Below, piece after piece: positions 1 to 15,892 of a DNA stretch of 64,000 bases. Each line of letters begins with the position of its first letter. Within the stretch, counting starts at the first letter, position 1. The position numbers were made by a program, and so were the translations under genes. The DNA is from Cystobasidiomycetes sp. EMM_F5 (taxonomy: Eukaryota): positions 310,001-374,000 of the forward strand of contig JBPGPT010000015.1 of the NCBI GenBank assembly GCA_051047955.1, in the 5' to 3' direction. The notes beneath the pieces were generated by a model that saw nothing but the letters and a program-made list of their open reading frames with translations, did no database searches and was not told where the DNA came from.

Positions 1-100
1 TATCCCGTGCCTCCTTGAGCAGGTCGCTAATGCTCGCCGACAGGGATTTGTAGTCTGTCTCGTAAGACTCAAACACTTCGAGTCCTGGCGTCGAGTCCAT
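1..100 (-). CDS. VTI1: SNARE Vti1, 5' part (runs off window)
   Basis: Minus strand from ATG at 100 reads MDSTPGLEVFESYETDYKSLSASISDLLKEARD, resembling the fungal Vti1 N-terminus (F.SYE.D(F/Y)); only 33 codons visible. Confidence 0.65.
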   Translation of the reverse strand, partial: MDSTPGLEVFESYETDYKSLSASISDLLKEARD

Positions 101-252
101 GTTTGTAAATTGGCGTGTTCAGTATTGTCAGCAGTCAGTCTGGTTTAAAGAGGTCCATTTGCTTTGCGCGTCTAAGTAGCAGTGACGATCAAGCCAGCTC
201 AAGCTCAATCCCACCCAGTCTGAGTCTGGCAAGTCTGCTCACCCAAACAGCT

Positions 253-1789
<1,537 letters not shown>

Positions 1790-2119
1790 TGACTGCGTTG
1801 ACGAATGCGCAAGTGTCGCAAACATCCAGTATGGGCTCGCTAGATCTGTAGTTTCATGTAACAATGGAAGAAATTGAAACCAATGTGCTGGTTTATTCCT
1901 ATGCTGACAATTCCAATCACCTCAAACTTACTATTTACCATTGCGCTGACCATACTCTGATGGTCGGTTCACGGCTTCCCCTGTCGCCAAGCACTGGCTG
2001 CCACTCCCTGATTGCTGTACATGCACACTGACACGCGTCGAACGGTCTTGCCACCGTATCGTGCCAGTGCTATGAACTCGTCACCTGGGTTGCACCACAG
2101 TGCTGCATCAGCATATCAA

Positions 2120-2809
2120 ATGTCATTGTCGAAACCCTCCTTTTCCGTCTATAACATCGTGTGAGTCGTCTGCTTTGCGCCCTCGCTGCTTGTCAGCGTT
2201 GATGATACTACATGCAGCAGTACAGCTATGGACATGATGTCGACCAGCGCCAAGCGTGCAGGATATGAATACCTGGCATCCCTTGGCTTGCAGGTTCCGC
2301 TCCATCCGACTTTACTTGGAAAGTACCGTGGTCCTGACCATTTAACGTATCTTCCAAAGGACATCAAAGCCATGATAGTGGCAATTCTAGACGGCGATAA
2401 CGACTTTCACTCTATTGCGCATTTGATGATGAGCAACAAAAGCTGGTTCGATCATCTCGCTCATGACGATAAAGCATGGCAGCGAAGATACAGGATCATC
2501 GCAGAGGCATGCAGGATTGGTATCATGTCCAGTCTGCTTGCCTGGCGTGTCGCAGTCTGTCGCCTTCTGCCGAAGGTCTGCGCCGGCTGCCATGCTACCC
2601 CAAATGTTACTAGTTCAATTCTCTGGCCGCGACATCCTGCGTGGGCTCGAATCTGCTTAATGTGCAGAGTCGGTAACCCGTATTTCTTCTGTTTGGACTA
2701 CTCGAGCTCAGAGGTCCGATCTTTGCGGTCGGAGGTGCTACAGAAACTTGAATCTGGGACGGCTTTAAGGATGTGGTATGGACCGGCAGTCGTCCTCCTC
2801 ATGGAATAG
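2120..2809 (+). CDS. F-box-like protein with CxxC...CxxC module, tandem copy 1
   Basis: ORF 2228-2809 has LTYLPKDIKAMIVAILD...NKSWFDHLAHDDKAW (F-box pattern) and CAGC...CLMC. Possible short exon 1 from ATG 2120 with a gtgagt donor. Confidence 0.65.
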
Positions 2810-3133
2810 CCTCCTCTTTTCCTGAAGTGGCGAGCGGCTCAACGGATTAGACCTCAATGTTGAACTGGCGGATGAGCGCCTTACAGGCAGACCTCAAAGT
2901 GTAGCGACATGTCGGGCCGACGAGTGCATGCCTGTCGGGACGATAAGATCAATGCAAGCACATCCGTAACCTGTTCCGAACTCTAAGGGCATGCCCGTCT
3001 TTATTGCACCTCTGCTCTCCCTTGAAGACCTGCATTGGCTCAAGTTTGCTATCGCCGGCCAAGCGACTGCATCAAATCGGTCCTTGCTTCCGACAACGAC
3101 TAAGCTCATTTCTCTGTTTGCAAATTTTCCAAA

Positions 3134-3788
3134 ATGCGCAAAGCAGGTAGGTTGTATGACGCCATGCCCGCGCTACGGATACCTCTCTTTAGCAAGACCC
3201 TAACATTGTCCCCATTCCTGTATCATAGCCACAGATCTGTCCAGCAGCGCTACACGTGCTGGATATGAATATCTCGCATCGCTCGGCTTCGATGTACCCC
3301 TTCATCCGACTATGCTAGGAGAATATCACGGTCGAGACCGTCTGCAGGCGCTACCAAACGACATCAAGAGAATGATCGTCGCATGCCTGGATGAGGACCA
3401 GGACTATCATTCTATCGCTTACTTGATGATGAGCTGCAAAAGCTGGTTTGATCATCTCGCCTACGATGAAGAAGCGTGGCAACTAAGATACGAAAGTATC
3501 GCCCCCGAGTGCGAAGCTGTGCTCTCGTCCAATTCGCCCGTCTGGCGTATTGCAGTCTGTCGCGTTCTCCCGCGTATCTGCGCAGGGTGCCATACTCAAA
3601 ATGCAGACAAAGCGATTGTCTGGCCAAGATACCCGCACTGGGCCCGAGTCTGCGCGGGATGCACTTACCGCCACCCGTACTTCTTTTGCGTAAATTACGA
3701 AAGCAAAAGGTCTGCTCTGGTAAAGCTCGAATCGCAAATCGGTCTGAGGCTATCGTATGGTCCGGCAGTCCTACTTCTCGCAAAGTAG
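3134..3788 (+). CDS. F-box-like protein with CxxC...CxxC module, tandem copy 2
   Basis: Paralog of copy 1 (RAGYEYLASLG, LPNDIKRMIVACLD, CKSWFDHLAYD, CAGC...CAGC, YGPAV) with the stop at the equivalent position. Exon 1 MRKA, gtaggt donor at 3147, cctaac branch point, acceptor near 3228. Confidence 0.65.
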
Positions 3789-4893
3789 AGCTCCATATAT
3801 TCATGATACGATACTGGGACCCGAAGTGAATGCTTATTCGCCAATGACTTCGACTTTCGCTTCGCAGAGTGTAGGACATGGAGAACTATTACAGGTGAGT
3901 ATTGCTGTGGTCGAGGTGAACAGCATACGTTGTGTGTCCAGTCTCCGCAAAGGGCAAAAATTGGTAGCGATGTTTCGGCAAGCACACGTGGATGAGTTAC
4001 AGATATCGTTGTAAACATTCTTGCGCGTGGATCGCTCATGGCTTCATGCATACGGAAAGCGAGGGATTTTGAATAAGAAGAAAACCTGAAGTCACCCTCA
4101 AGCTCACTCCAGGCCTTCTGTCCGAGTCTCCTCCATGTTGGCTGTTTGATGTAGCACATCTACTCACAAGTCATGGCCCTTGCTGGTATACCTGCCGCGT
4201 GCTATAGCTATAGCCTTCTCCTCGTTCCTGGTCTACACCGTAACCTGAAATATTTCCACAACCGACAGACTCCTGGCCTTTCAAGCCACAGCTGATTTGC
4301 TGTCATGCTGTTCGTATGCTGCTGAATTTCTAAGACTCATAACGCTTTCTGTCGATTTCCCGGCATCGTCAAGGCGACAGATGTCCTTTCCAACCAGCTT
4401 CAACACGAATCGATGAGACTGCACCACTTGAACGCTATGGCCAGCTACTAATACTCCTACCTCTCCCGCGCGCTCTCTAACACTTGTATAAAAGCAGCTG
4501 GTCTGCGTGGCTTTCCGTATCTCCCGCTGCTGCCTGTCCCCCGCTGGTCGGCCTGACTTTCGAAATCCCGCATTCCGTCCATTACTTTCGGCTGAAATAC
4601 CTGCTCAAGATGCCTTTGGTATACTCCGATTGGGCCAGGCTTGTCGCGATGACTGCTGCCGTTTGTAAGACGACTATGACGTTTGCGGTGGGCATTTTAA
4701 GGCTGATCTCCGCTCCTATGCAGGGTGTTGCTGGGGTGGTATTTGTGGGTTCTACAAGCGCAAGGTATCCCAGTCATAGTACCGCTGACCATGCCACTAA
4801 GGGGGCCTGTTCTATCGTAAGTTTTTCTTCGATGGGTAGGTTCATTGCGCATTGAGCTTTGATTCGGCAAAATTAGCTGAGATATGGTCTGGC

Positions 4894-5440
4894 TTAGCGT
4901 TGGAGGCACTTTAGGTCCACAAGGCATAATGTGCGAACGACCGGACAGTCTTGGCTACGAAACGTTCTGATTGTCTCCGCAGACCACCTGATACCGCTCG
5001 GCCGTTCGTCGCTATCATAGTCGATGCGCCAATCCTTCAGATTCTGGCTATCGTGAGTGACCCTTTGACCGTCGCGACAAAGCTGACCTCTGCTCTTCCC
5101 AACAGGTACAAGGCATCCTCATCCTCGCTACGGAATGGCCGCTCCCCCAGCTTCAAAAGACAGTCCTTTGCAGGTCTCGCCTACTCAAGGCAGTGCTGCT
5201 ATTCTGGAACGGATTCATTGCCAGTTGAGTCATTTGACTTAAGCAGTGCCTGGCACACTCAATCGATACTGTCTTGCAGTGATGATATACCAGACTTTCG
5301 ATGCCTTCATCGTCTCCTTCGTCGCTTCGGGCATTTACGTAAAGGCGCATGCCAAAGGAGAGGGCAAAACAGCACGAAAGCCAGGACAGGCTAATGGAGG
5401 TGGCGAGGCGGTATGAAACGAAGCCTTTGCTGAATTCCAT
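4894..5440 (-). CDS. Possible small secreted/Cys-containing hypothetical protein
   Basis: ORF 5153-5440 starts with a hydrophobic stretch (YRLATSISLSWLSCCFALSFG). Downstream open frames (KDCLLKLGER...; ...QDCPVVRTLCLVDLKCLQR*) can be joined by putative introns. No family recognised. Confidence 0.25.
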
Positions 5441-6932
5441 TCATGCTGTATCAGTTTCTAGCCATCGGCCAAATTCCTCCAGTCTGCGCTTCTCCGCTGC
5501 TTCACCATCTTCGCCGGCGATAATAGCATCTTCAGTCCCTCCAGATTTCTGGTAGCGTGTCTTTCCATCGTAGAGCCATGCTTTCAATTGCCTTCCGCCA
5601 AAGAAGCGGTTATTATTTTTCTATGATTAGTGGCGAAGACAATGAGAACTGTCTTGCTTGCAGCTTGCTATGTCTACTCACCAGAACACAGGCTTGAGCA
5701 GAGATTGCGTCGCCAAATTTGACAGTGACGATGCCATCGGCCTCTTTCTGCAGAGCCATGGCATGTCAGAAGATCCGAGCGGACGTAGCCGAAGAGGGAC
5801 TCACGTCATATAAAACAACGTTGGTTACGGTTCCAAGACTCTCGCATTCTTCTCGTATATCTTCTTTCAATTCAAGAAGAAGAGACGAGTCTTCCGCTAG
5901 TTCCTCGAGTGTAAAGATGCCTTGAAGAACCACCACGCGATCGTTTATCGACGGAGCCCTAGAAGCGGAAGCTTGAATGGCCACGAGGGGCGACTCTCGC
6001 TCATCGTACGAGGGATCGTAATCAGCCGCTTCTCTGTAGACACGGAACAGATTGTCGGTTCTATCAATCTGTTTGTGAAGTATGCTGTAGAATCGGACAC
6101 GCACTGTAGCAATTTCTCCGCCCGCTTCTGCATCTTCTGGGCTCGACCATCAGATTTCTTCCTACCCCTTTCATCCGGTGCATCTTGCGCCTTTCCATTC
6201 TCCGCTGTTTCTTTGTGTGACCATTCAGCTTTGGTGACTTTCATATTGTCCTGGTCGCCAAGGCGGAAAGGTGTATCGTCAAATAGATTAGTCGCCAGAC
6301 TAACGCTCTCCTCTTTCAGATAGACTACAAGACCATCGCCGTTACGGATGCCTGTGTCCTTGTCTGTGTACAGCTTGACTTTCGGATTTCCATCGGCGTC
6401 GGGCAGGATGAAGCCTGCTTTGCTAAATACTTTGGAAACCTCTTCGACAGTAGCATCGAGAGGCAACCTCTGCAGGAATACGGCTGTATTGCGCGGTGGT
6501 GGCTTGACTTTGGCAGCTTTCTTGTTTGGAGCGTCACCATCTGCACCCGCCTTTCGCTTCTTCCGTCTATCGCGAGCTAGAGTTACTTCTGCAGGCGTCT
6601 GGAAATACTTTCAGCTGATTGTATGTATTGCCCACTCTCGCCCAGCTCACGGAGTCATCCACGCCTTCCACCTTGTATGCAGCTTGTTGAGCCTGGAGGA
6701 CATCCTCGTCCACCACAGGCAACCACGCATTCGCAGCGATGTTCCACTCCAATTCTTGTCCGGTTTCTGGATTCTCATAGATCCATTTGCCAGCGGTCGT
6801 GTCGAAATGCATATTTGGATTATCGTCAGTGCCTACCGGTCCTGCGGCATGACTTTGCGCGCTGCCATTGCTGTTGGCATCAACAGGTGTCTCTTCGTCG
6901 AGCTTGCTCGTCGAAGCTATGGGCTCCGTCAT
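5441..6932 (-). CDS. CUS2: U2 snRNP-associated splicing factor Cus2/Uap2/Tat-SF1
   Basis: RRM1 (KVKLYTDK...GDGLVVYLKEESVSLA), UHM (VVVLQGIFTLEEL...ELKEDIREECESLGTVTNVVLYD), RFFGGRQL..WLYDGK; introns. Confidence 0.9.
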
Positions 6933-7041
6933 GGTAGAGTCTGGAAACAAGGGCTGACGCTGAGTGGGTCTAAAGCAAATAAATATGGATGCCTGGAAAT
7001 TGCATCGCCAGCCGAGAGTCTGGCTTCATGTTACAACAAGA

Positions 7042-8643
<1,602 letters not shown>

Positions 8644-8737
8644 GTTGCGTTCCTGCAGTAAATTGTTGGTAGGATACGAACCCTGACCAATATCGTCAGG
8701 ATATCACGGGTTTCTTCTGTACGAATCTGCTGCAAAC
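8644..8737. promoter_or_regulatory. Putative bidirectional promoter RVB2/PFDN6
   Basis: Only 94 bp between the divergent ATGs. Confidence 0.6.
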
Positions 8738-9352
8738 ATGTCTGTCGCTGAGGCACAAGCTCTCAGCTCAGAGTATCAGCAAATCCAGCTGGGCGAGTGC
8801 TGTCTATGCCTACAGCGAAAGCGGCACTCTGATCCGGAATTATGACTAACAGACCTGCAGAAGGCGGTCGAAGCGAGAGCGAGATTAGAGGCTCAATACA
8901 ACGAAAATGATGCAGTTGAGAAGGTTCATTGCGATACTGAACGAGATTATCCAGACACAACTCATGTCCATTATTTCCAGGAGTTCAATCTGCTGACACC
9001 AAATAACACAATATACAAGCTCATTGGCCCTGCACTCATCAAGCAAGATCCAGTGGAAGCGAAAGCAAACGTGCGGAAACGTATAGAATTCATTCAGAAT
9101 GAAATGTGGGTCTGCCTTCCATAGACCCATACAGAGAGTTTCTCACTTTGCACTTTACGCGACATATACTCCAGCAAGCGTGTCGAGACGCAGCTGCAAG
9201 AATACCAAACGAAATCTGAAGAAAAGAAGAATAGGGTGAGTGCCGCGATTCACTGTGACTGGGGCACATTAGCTGATCAGCATCAGTCACAGCTTGTACA
9301 GCTGCAAATGCAAGCGCAACAAGCACAACAGGCTGCATCAGGGGAAGCATGA
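8738..9352 (+). CDS. PFDN6: Prefoldin subunit 6 (Yke2/Gim1)
   Basis: Five exons spliced by eye: MSVAEAQALSSEYQQIQL-DLQKAVEARARLEAQYNENDAVEK-EFNLLTPNNTIYKLIGPALIKQDPVEAKANVRKRIEFIQNEI-KRVE...; first intron is GC-AG. Confidence 0.9.
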
Positions 9353-9520
9353 TGGGATATGGGAGTATGTGACACGCATCATCAGTAGCGATCGTTCTTA
9401 GTCTCGTGTTCAGTAGTATCCGTTTGCTTCATTTCTTTCCACAATAAGTACTGTTGAGAGTAGTACAATACAACGATAATCGAAACTGCCGGGTATGGCT
9501 CGCCGTTCTACCAATGCCCC

Positions 9521-10787
9521 TCACCACGATTGTGCCGCGAGAATATACTCGACTGCAGCTTGCACGTTCCCACCACACGCCAGAAGGGCTCTGATATTAA
9601 CTTGACCGTTAACAAAGCCCATAGAAGACAGTGTTTCCAGCTGGCTTGCAAATCGCTCTTCTGGCGGTCTGGTGTCTTGAGGTTGTGATGGAGTCTGAGT
9701 CGCGCCTGCACCACCGGGCCCACCGAATCCACCAAAGCCGCCAAAATCACCTCCGCCCATTCCTCCCATTCCACCCTGACCAAACATCTGAGCAAGAGCA
9801 TTCAGATCTGGCATTTGTCCAGCCCCTGCGCCGGCTCCAGTGCCTGTTGCTGCTGCTCCAGATGGTTGAGGTTGCGGATTGAAGAGATTTGTCGGACCGC
9901 GCGCTTGATTCTCAGTTTGACCGGCAGCTCCACCTCCAGTAGCCGCGCCTGCTCCGCCAGCATTTCCGCCTAATCCTCCAAACATGCCACCCATTCCACC
10001 TGGAAAGCCACCCATTCCTCCAGGTCCAGCTCCACCAAACATCTGCTGCATCTGTTGAGCCTGCTGCATCATCTGTCGCATCTGATCCGGATTTGTCATC
10101 ATGTTTCGGAATTGCTCAGACTGCATAATATTTCGCAACCCTGGACCCATGTTGCGTAATTCTGGCGACGCTTCGATGAGTTGATCAATCACAGCGGGGT
10201 TTGACAGCATCTGTCTCATCTGCTCTTGCGCCTGTGGACTGTTCATCATGCCTTGGTACATGTTGGGATCGTTTGTGTTCATTCCCATTTGTGCGAAGGG
10301 ATTGAAGTTGCCGATACCGGGATTTGTAGCATTCATCAATGGAGCTAGTGGGTTGCCAGCTATTTGATTGCCAGTAGCCACGCTCTGAGGTACTTGGGCA
10401 GCTGCTGGTGGCGGAGCAGCTTTACTCGCTCCCTTGACGAGGTGGACCGTATCGCCAGGCCTGAAAATAATGGGGTATGGTATAAGTCTATTGTGAAGTG
10501 CGTGGAGACCGTTGTGTCATTTTAGCTCACCGAATCTTGTAGTTCTCGACCTTGTCGTCATCCTTGAGAACCTGCAAAACGCACATCGGAGGTAAGGGTT
10601 GTACACAAGCTACAATAGATCGTTGACTCACTCTTCCGCTGTATATCAGCCGTTGTCTGTCTGCCTCAATCTCCGTCTGCTCCTGCACCTTTGCCTTGAG
10701 CTCGCCGACTGTCGCTGACGGGCTGACCTTTACGGCGTACTTCTTGTCACCCGGTGCGCGAATGTTGATTTCAATCTCGTCCGACAT
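9521..10787 (-). CDS. DSK2: Ubiquilin/Dsk2 (UBL-STI1-UBA)
   Basis: UBL (QRLIYSGRVLKDD), M/N/P/Q-rich STI1 repeats, UBA PPEERFASQLETLSSMGF...GGNVQAAVEYI. Confidence 0.95.
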
Positions 10788-11104
10788 GCTTGAAGCGGGC
10801 TGAACAGCACTTCCTGAGTTGGATCTTGTCTAGAAGCTGGCCGTGGAGGTTCTCAATTCGAATACGGCGAAGAATGACGCCGATGGATAGAAGCTGGTTC
10901 AGTGTTGCCGGCACCAGGTTTCGTGTACAGTCTGTCGCAGAGGGTAATGTCTCAGCAATTGGGCGGGTGCCAGGACGTTTCGAAGCGTCAGAATACACGT
11001 CGTCATGCAATGATCGAGACGCAAGGAGGCCCTTCAAATGTTTCTGCCAGAGTCTCTGTCTGACACTGCTCTGAACGCACATCTAACCACATTATTCACT
11101 GGCA

Positions 11105-12517
11105 ATGCCCGTAGAGCTGCTCAAATTCCCGCCAGCTTACGTTGTCGTCGGCCTGAGTCGCCTGGTCACTGATTCTAAAATATGGAAACCGATACTGCAA
11201 GTTGCGGGTTATCAAGCTCGTCGGACACTGGATACTTACGTCCTTTGTGTAGGAGACAAGGATCCAAAGCAGTCGCAAAAGGCGCTGTTCTAGCAGCAGC
11301 TTGGGTGAATTATGGATCGTATGGGAAGCCCAGCAGCGTCTGACGTGTTCTTGTATTACCTAGGTCTACGTATCCATCCCATTGTGACTTCTCGTACCGT
11401 TTCAATATGTCCTTTAATACTAACCGACGTCCGTAGCACGCGACTGTACGTTCGCTTCTTCGCACGGACCGCTATGTTTCGAAATGAGGGCAACTCGACG
11501 TGGCTCGGGATGAAGTCAGTAACTTAGTAACATGCTTATCTAAGCATCTAACGACTACGTGTAGTGTGTTCACTTACACTACTTGGCTCCTACTGCTCCA
11601 ACAAGCGTCATTCGTTCTGGAATACTTTGTGGAGAAGGAGCTGAGGATAGCCCGAGCACACGCCTACGACGCAACTGTCGCTAGTCGTGGCAAGGGACCA
11701 GAGTTCTGGCAACCTTATGTGGAAGAATGGGCTATCCCACCTATTGACCGCTCGAAACGCTCGCTCCTGAGACAAGGCTTTCTGCAGCAATCGCGAAATC
11801 CCATAGTCAGAATACTGATTAGCAAATGTAGGTCCACACCAATGCCATTTGCTTGTTTATGCTCTCTGACCAGCACAACAGTCCTTCTTATGCCCCTCAA
11901 TTTCATCCCTTTCCTGGGCTTGATAGTCTCGGCGGGACTTAGCAGCATGTGGGCAGAATTCGCTGGTGCTTATTGAGACGAGCTAACTGCATTCACATAG
12001 TACAATGGCAAGAGTCCTGCACGCCCCTTACTTCATCGCGAAGAAGATGACGCCTGAACAAGAGGAGCTGTTTATTGTCGAGCGGCTCATAGGCTATCGA
12101 GGTTGATCTTCCGTTTGCCGTGCTGTATATGAGCGTGGCTGATGTAGATTTGGCGCAGCATTTGGATTTGCATCCTCCTTGCTCGAAAAGTTGCCAGTGG
12201 TTGGACTCGTTTTTAGCATTTCTAACCGGATAGGCGCTGCGATGTGGGCGCACGATCTCGAAAAGCAGCAACATGCCTATGCATCTGGCGCTATGAAGAG
12301 AAGCAAAGAGTACATCTCAAAATCCACGTCATCAGAACCATCAGACCTTCCAGAAGACTTTAGTGGTGGCTTTCCTAGCAAGAAAGGTCCCGTTAGGGTC
12401 GATCAAGCAGAAATATCAAACGCTGCAGGAGGAACTGTTCTGGAAAGTGATCCTGTCCCTCCACCGCTACCGCCTAGAAAGATGCAAATCAGTGCTCCTC
12501 CCTTGCCTCCGCGTTGA
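11105..12517 (+). CDS. EI24/Rrt8(Lds)-family membrane protein
   Basis: PPAYVVVGLSRLVTD, LRIARAHAYDATVASRGK, LNFIPFLG, LEKLPVVGLVFSISNRIGAAMWAHDLEK; multi-exon; start uncertain. Confidence 0.7.
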
Positions 12518-12613
12518 CCGTGGACGGATGATAATGCCCACTTGTACCTCGTAATCTGATGCTATAGGAGTACAGCGACATGGACTACTCTGATGCTACT
12601 TGACTGTACTCTT

Positions 12614-15600
12614 TTAATGATATCCGATCGTCTTACTAACAATGGTGTCTAGCCTGAGCAACACCCCCGCAGCAGCCCTAGCAACGTCATTCACTTCACC
12701 ACCCTTATTCTCCTGTGTCGTCCAAGCCAGCTCGGCCCAGTCTTTGACCTGCCAAGTGAGGCGAGAGTGATCGCGGGCCAATGTTCTCCCACCATCTAGC
12801 ATTGCACTTCCTTCTAGCACGATCAATACTAAGTGTAGCATACTGGTTTCGACAGCTTGATTGGCCACTTCCGAGCCACGCAAAGCCATAACTAGCTGTA
12901 ATGTCTCTGGTGCAATAATGGCTAAGAAATGTGGCGAGTTCTTTGCAGAGCTGACGAGGACACTGAGTGTGCCTAAGAACTTGCTCAGAACTAACGGATC
13001 CAACAGCATCGCTGTGCCTGCAGAACCTCCGTTGTATGGCGACACGTTACTGTCTTGTACGGAAGTGGCTGCATCGCGGAGATACAGCCAGAAGCGATTA
13101 AGGAGTGGCATGATGTAGACGTCGGCTGCCACGTCGGCGAAAGTGGGTCCGTTCTTCGAAACTTTGGAGATGACTTTGCTCTTGACCGCCTTGGAAGTGC
13201 TTGAACGCACAGTCAGGAGCTTCTCTCGAGCTGCGCCGGGTATGCTCTGCTCAGATGCATCCCTGGTACTGCTGAGAGCCGCGGACGCTACTTCATTCGT
13301 CAACAGATCCAGCTCGGCTGCTGCAGGTAATGCAGCTGAACCGTTTTGTCTTTGTCCTTGCAAGTAGTGTTCATGCAATTTTGGCGGCAATCGGTCACTG
13401 GGAAAGTCGAGGCTGGTGGACGATTGTTTGTCGCAGCTGGGAAGTAGGGAGGGCAAACCCGCAAGCTCGCGGGAGCTGATCGCGAGAGCACTAAGCATCG
13501 CATATCGCTGAGCAATCGAGTACTGATTGGAGAAGAGATGCTCAATGACAGCCCTGCAGCGATGTAGAGTCCGTCAATTGGCAGCTGTTTCGCGATAACC
13601 TCGCATAGGCAGAGAACTCACGGTGCAGATTTTCTGGGTGTACTGGCCAACAGTGCCGACAGTGCTGCGCACCTTCGCTGCTCAAAACCTTTCAGGTCGA
13701 AATTATCCTGCAGGCCTGAGAGCGTGATAGCCAGGTCGACGGCCGCGTCCTCTGAAAATCTCACGGCAGATCAACATCTTGCTCTAGGAACCTCAGGAAA
13801 GTCCGATGCTCACCCAACTCTTTACCCCAAGTTGCTTTCCGTCTAATCAGCGCTTCTGCCTCTTTCAGACCCAAGTCGAGTCGCTCAGCATCATCTGTCG
13901 TTTTCAGGTAAGCAGTAAGATCTGGAATGTAAACGGGCGGCTTCGGCTTTTTCTTTTCTGGTCGGTACGTCGAGCTGTCTCCGACATCGACCAGTTCTTC
14001 GGCAGGTGGAAGAGGAGGGATAACATAAGGCTGTAGGTCGTCCTCTTCTTCGTCATCGTAGTCTTCAAAATCAGCAGGGGACGACTGTAAGACTTGGATT
14101 TTGGTTCCGGACACCGAGGGTCTGCTGGCGCCATTTGCTCCTTTCGTTCCAGAGGCGCTGAACTTACGGGGCGAAAGAGGCACAATAGGCTCGTCAACCA
14201 CTTCTTCAACAGCATGCAGTTCCTCTGGCCGTAGTTCCCAATCGACTGCGGTATGATCTGATTCGCGAGCGGAAAGTTCACGTAATCTCGCCACGATAGA
14301 GATGTCATCGGAATTATCCTTCCACGTCTCTTCAAAGTTCAGAGGCGTCACAGGACCAGTTGGATCCAAAGTGCGTTGTGATACCACCTCGGCTACATAC
14401 ATGCCTGAAAATCGTATAGCTGGCTGCAACGAGCCCAAGTGTGTGGAGATGGCTTGCAGAAATGCAGGTGACCTGGAGAAGCGGATGACTGAATCGTCCA
14501 TTCTCGGCATGGCGAACAACGTCAATACTATGATAGTCGTCAAATCTGTTGACGCAGCCGGAATGTCAGCTGGCGCAAGTCCCAGGCGGAATGCAGGAGC
14601 GCACAGGAATGATAGACTACACTTGTCTGCTGAATCAGCAGCTTGTCACACCACAATTCAGAAGCTGCCGATAGTAGCTCGGGTAGTGCTGTGACAAGGG
14701 ACTCAGCTGCATCCGATTGTACGGAATTTGACGACCCACCGTCCCGTTGTGACAGAGCCACCCACGTTACTAGTACCCGGGCGACGCGCTCGTCCCAATG
14801 TTGACCCTTGATGCACACTGTACGTATCACGAGATCCCAAATTAAATCGTTTTCGGGATTTGCATCGCCTAGCATTCTGTGTAGAACAGATGCATTGCGC
14901 TTGACGTCTCGTGAACTGGCATTGGTAGGCATAGTGGCTTGCATATACTGCAACATTGTCGATGCGAAAGTGGAAAGGTCTGGTGTAGTCAGGCTATGTA
15001 GTACACCTTGCCATCGTGTATTGGGGGCCAGTCCCGACTTTTCATTAGACAGCAAAGCGATCCGCAACGAAGACCATACTGCCGGCCAGAAGGAGAGCAG
15101 AGCGGGCGCTAGCTGCATGTAGCCGCTTCGTATTATTCTGCCCAGGAGAAAGCTTATGGCGTCGCTGCCTTCTTCCCCGTCAGAGTTCTGGTCGTTGATT
15201 ATGCGTATCAAGTCTCTGGACGCTCGGCACAAGAGGGCACGCCAATCGAGCACTGAAGCATGGGAACTTTCGCCTTGGAGGTATGGCGCCAGTCTGTCAG
15301 GTATCGACAAGTATGCGAGTACGAACGGTTGCCATGTCGCAAGGAATCGAGCACGATTCTCACTTCCTTTCAGGCTGTTGTACATGTAAAGCAAGCCGTA
15401 TCGCTGGACGAGTACTTCAAGCGTCGTTATTGCTTTTCCCCTAGCAAGGGGATGCGTTTCAGCTTGGACTGTCTGAATGCTCGACAGGCCAGCATGACGC
15501 TGCTTGTTGGCTGCGATATCTGGAAGAAGGGAGTATGACGATAGAGCGACTTGCGCAGCGTAGAGTGAGGAAGTATTAGGCACAAAGAACGGAAGCCATA

Positions 15601-15892
15601 GCGTTTTCTCCAGACCGGCCTGACGCAACTGTTCGACCCAATCTACGACAATCTTGGTTGCGACAATCTGCTGGATGGTGAACCACCGAGTGCGGAGAAT
15701 GTATAGCTTGTCATCGTGCGACAGAGTGCTGAAGCCAGATAATACTTTCGATGATTGTGATGGGACATCGCTGCCCAAATTGAAGGCCGCTACGATTGGA
15801 TGCAGGATATCGCAGAGCTCGTCGAGCGATTCAAGCTTGGACTCGAGAGCTGCTACGAGTCCATCCACCAGACTGCGTGCATCGTCAGACAT
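12614..15892 (-). CDS. TEL2: TTT complex subunit Tel2
   Basis: Long helical protein with FLQAISTHL, RFSGMYVAEVVS, acidic DDLQPY, PPVYIPDLTAYL, LKEAEALIRRKA, GLQDNFDL: Tel2 signature order. Confidence 0.88.

Noticed and set aside
2991..3203. ORF that might fuse the two F-box copies into one protein
   Set aside because: Both copies stop at the same aligned position and copy 2 has its own ATG/exon 1 in a different frame.
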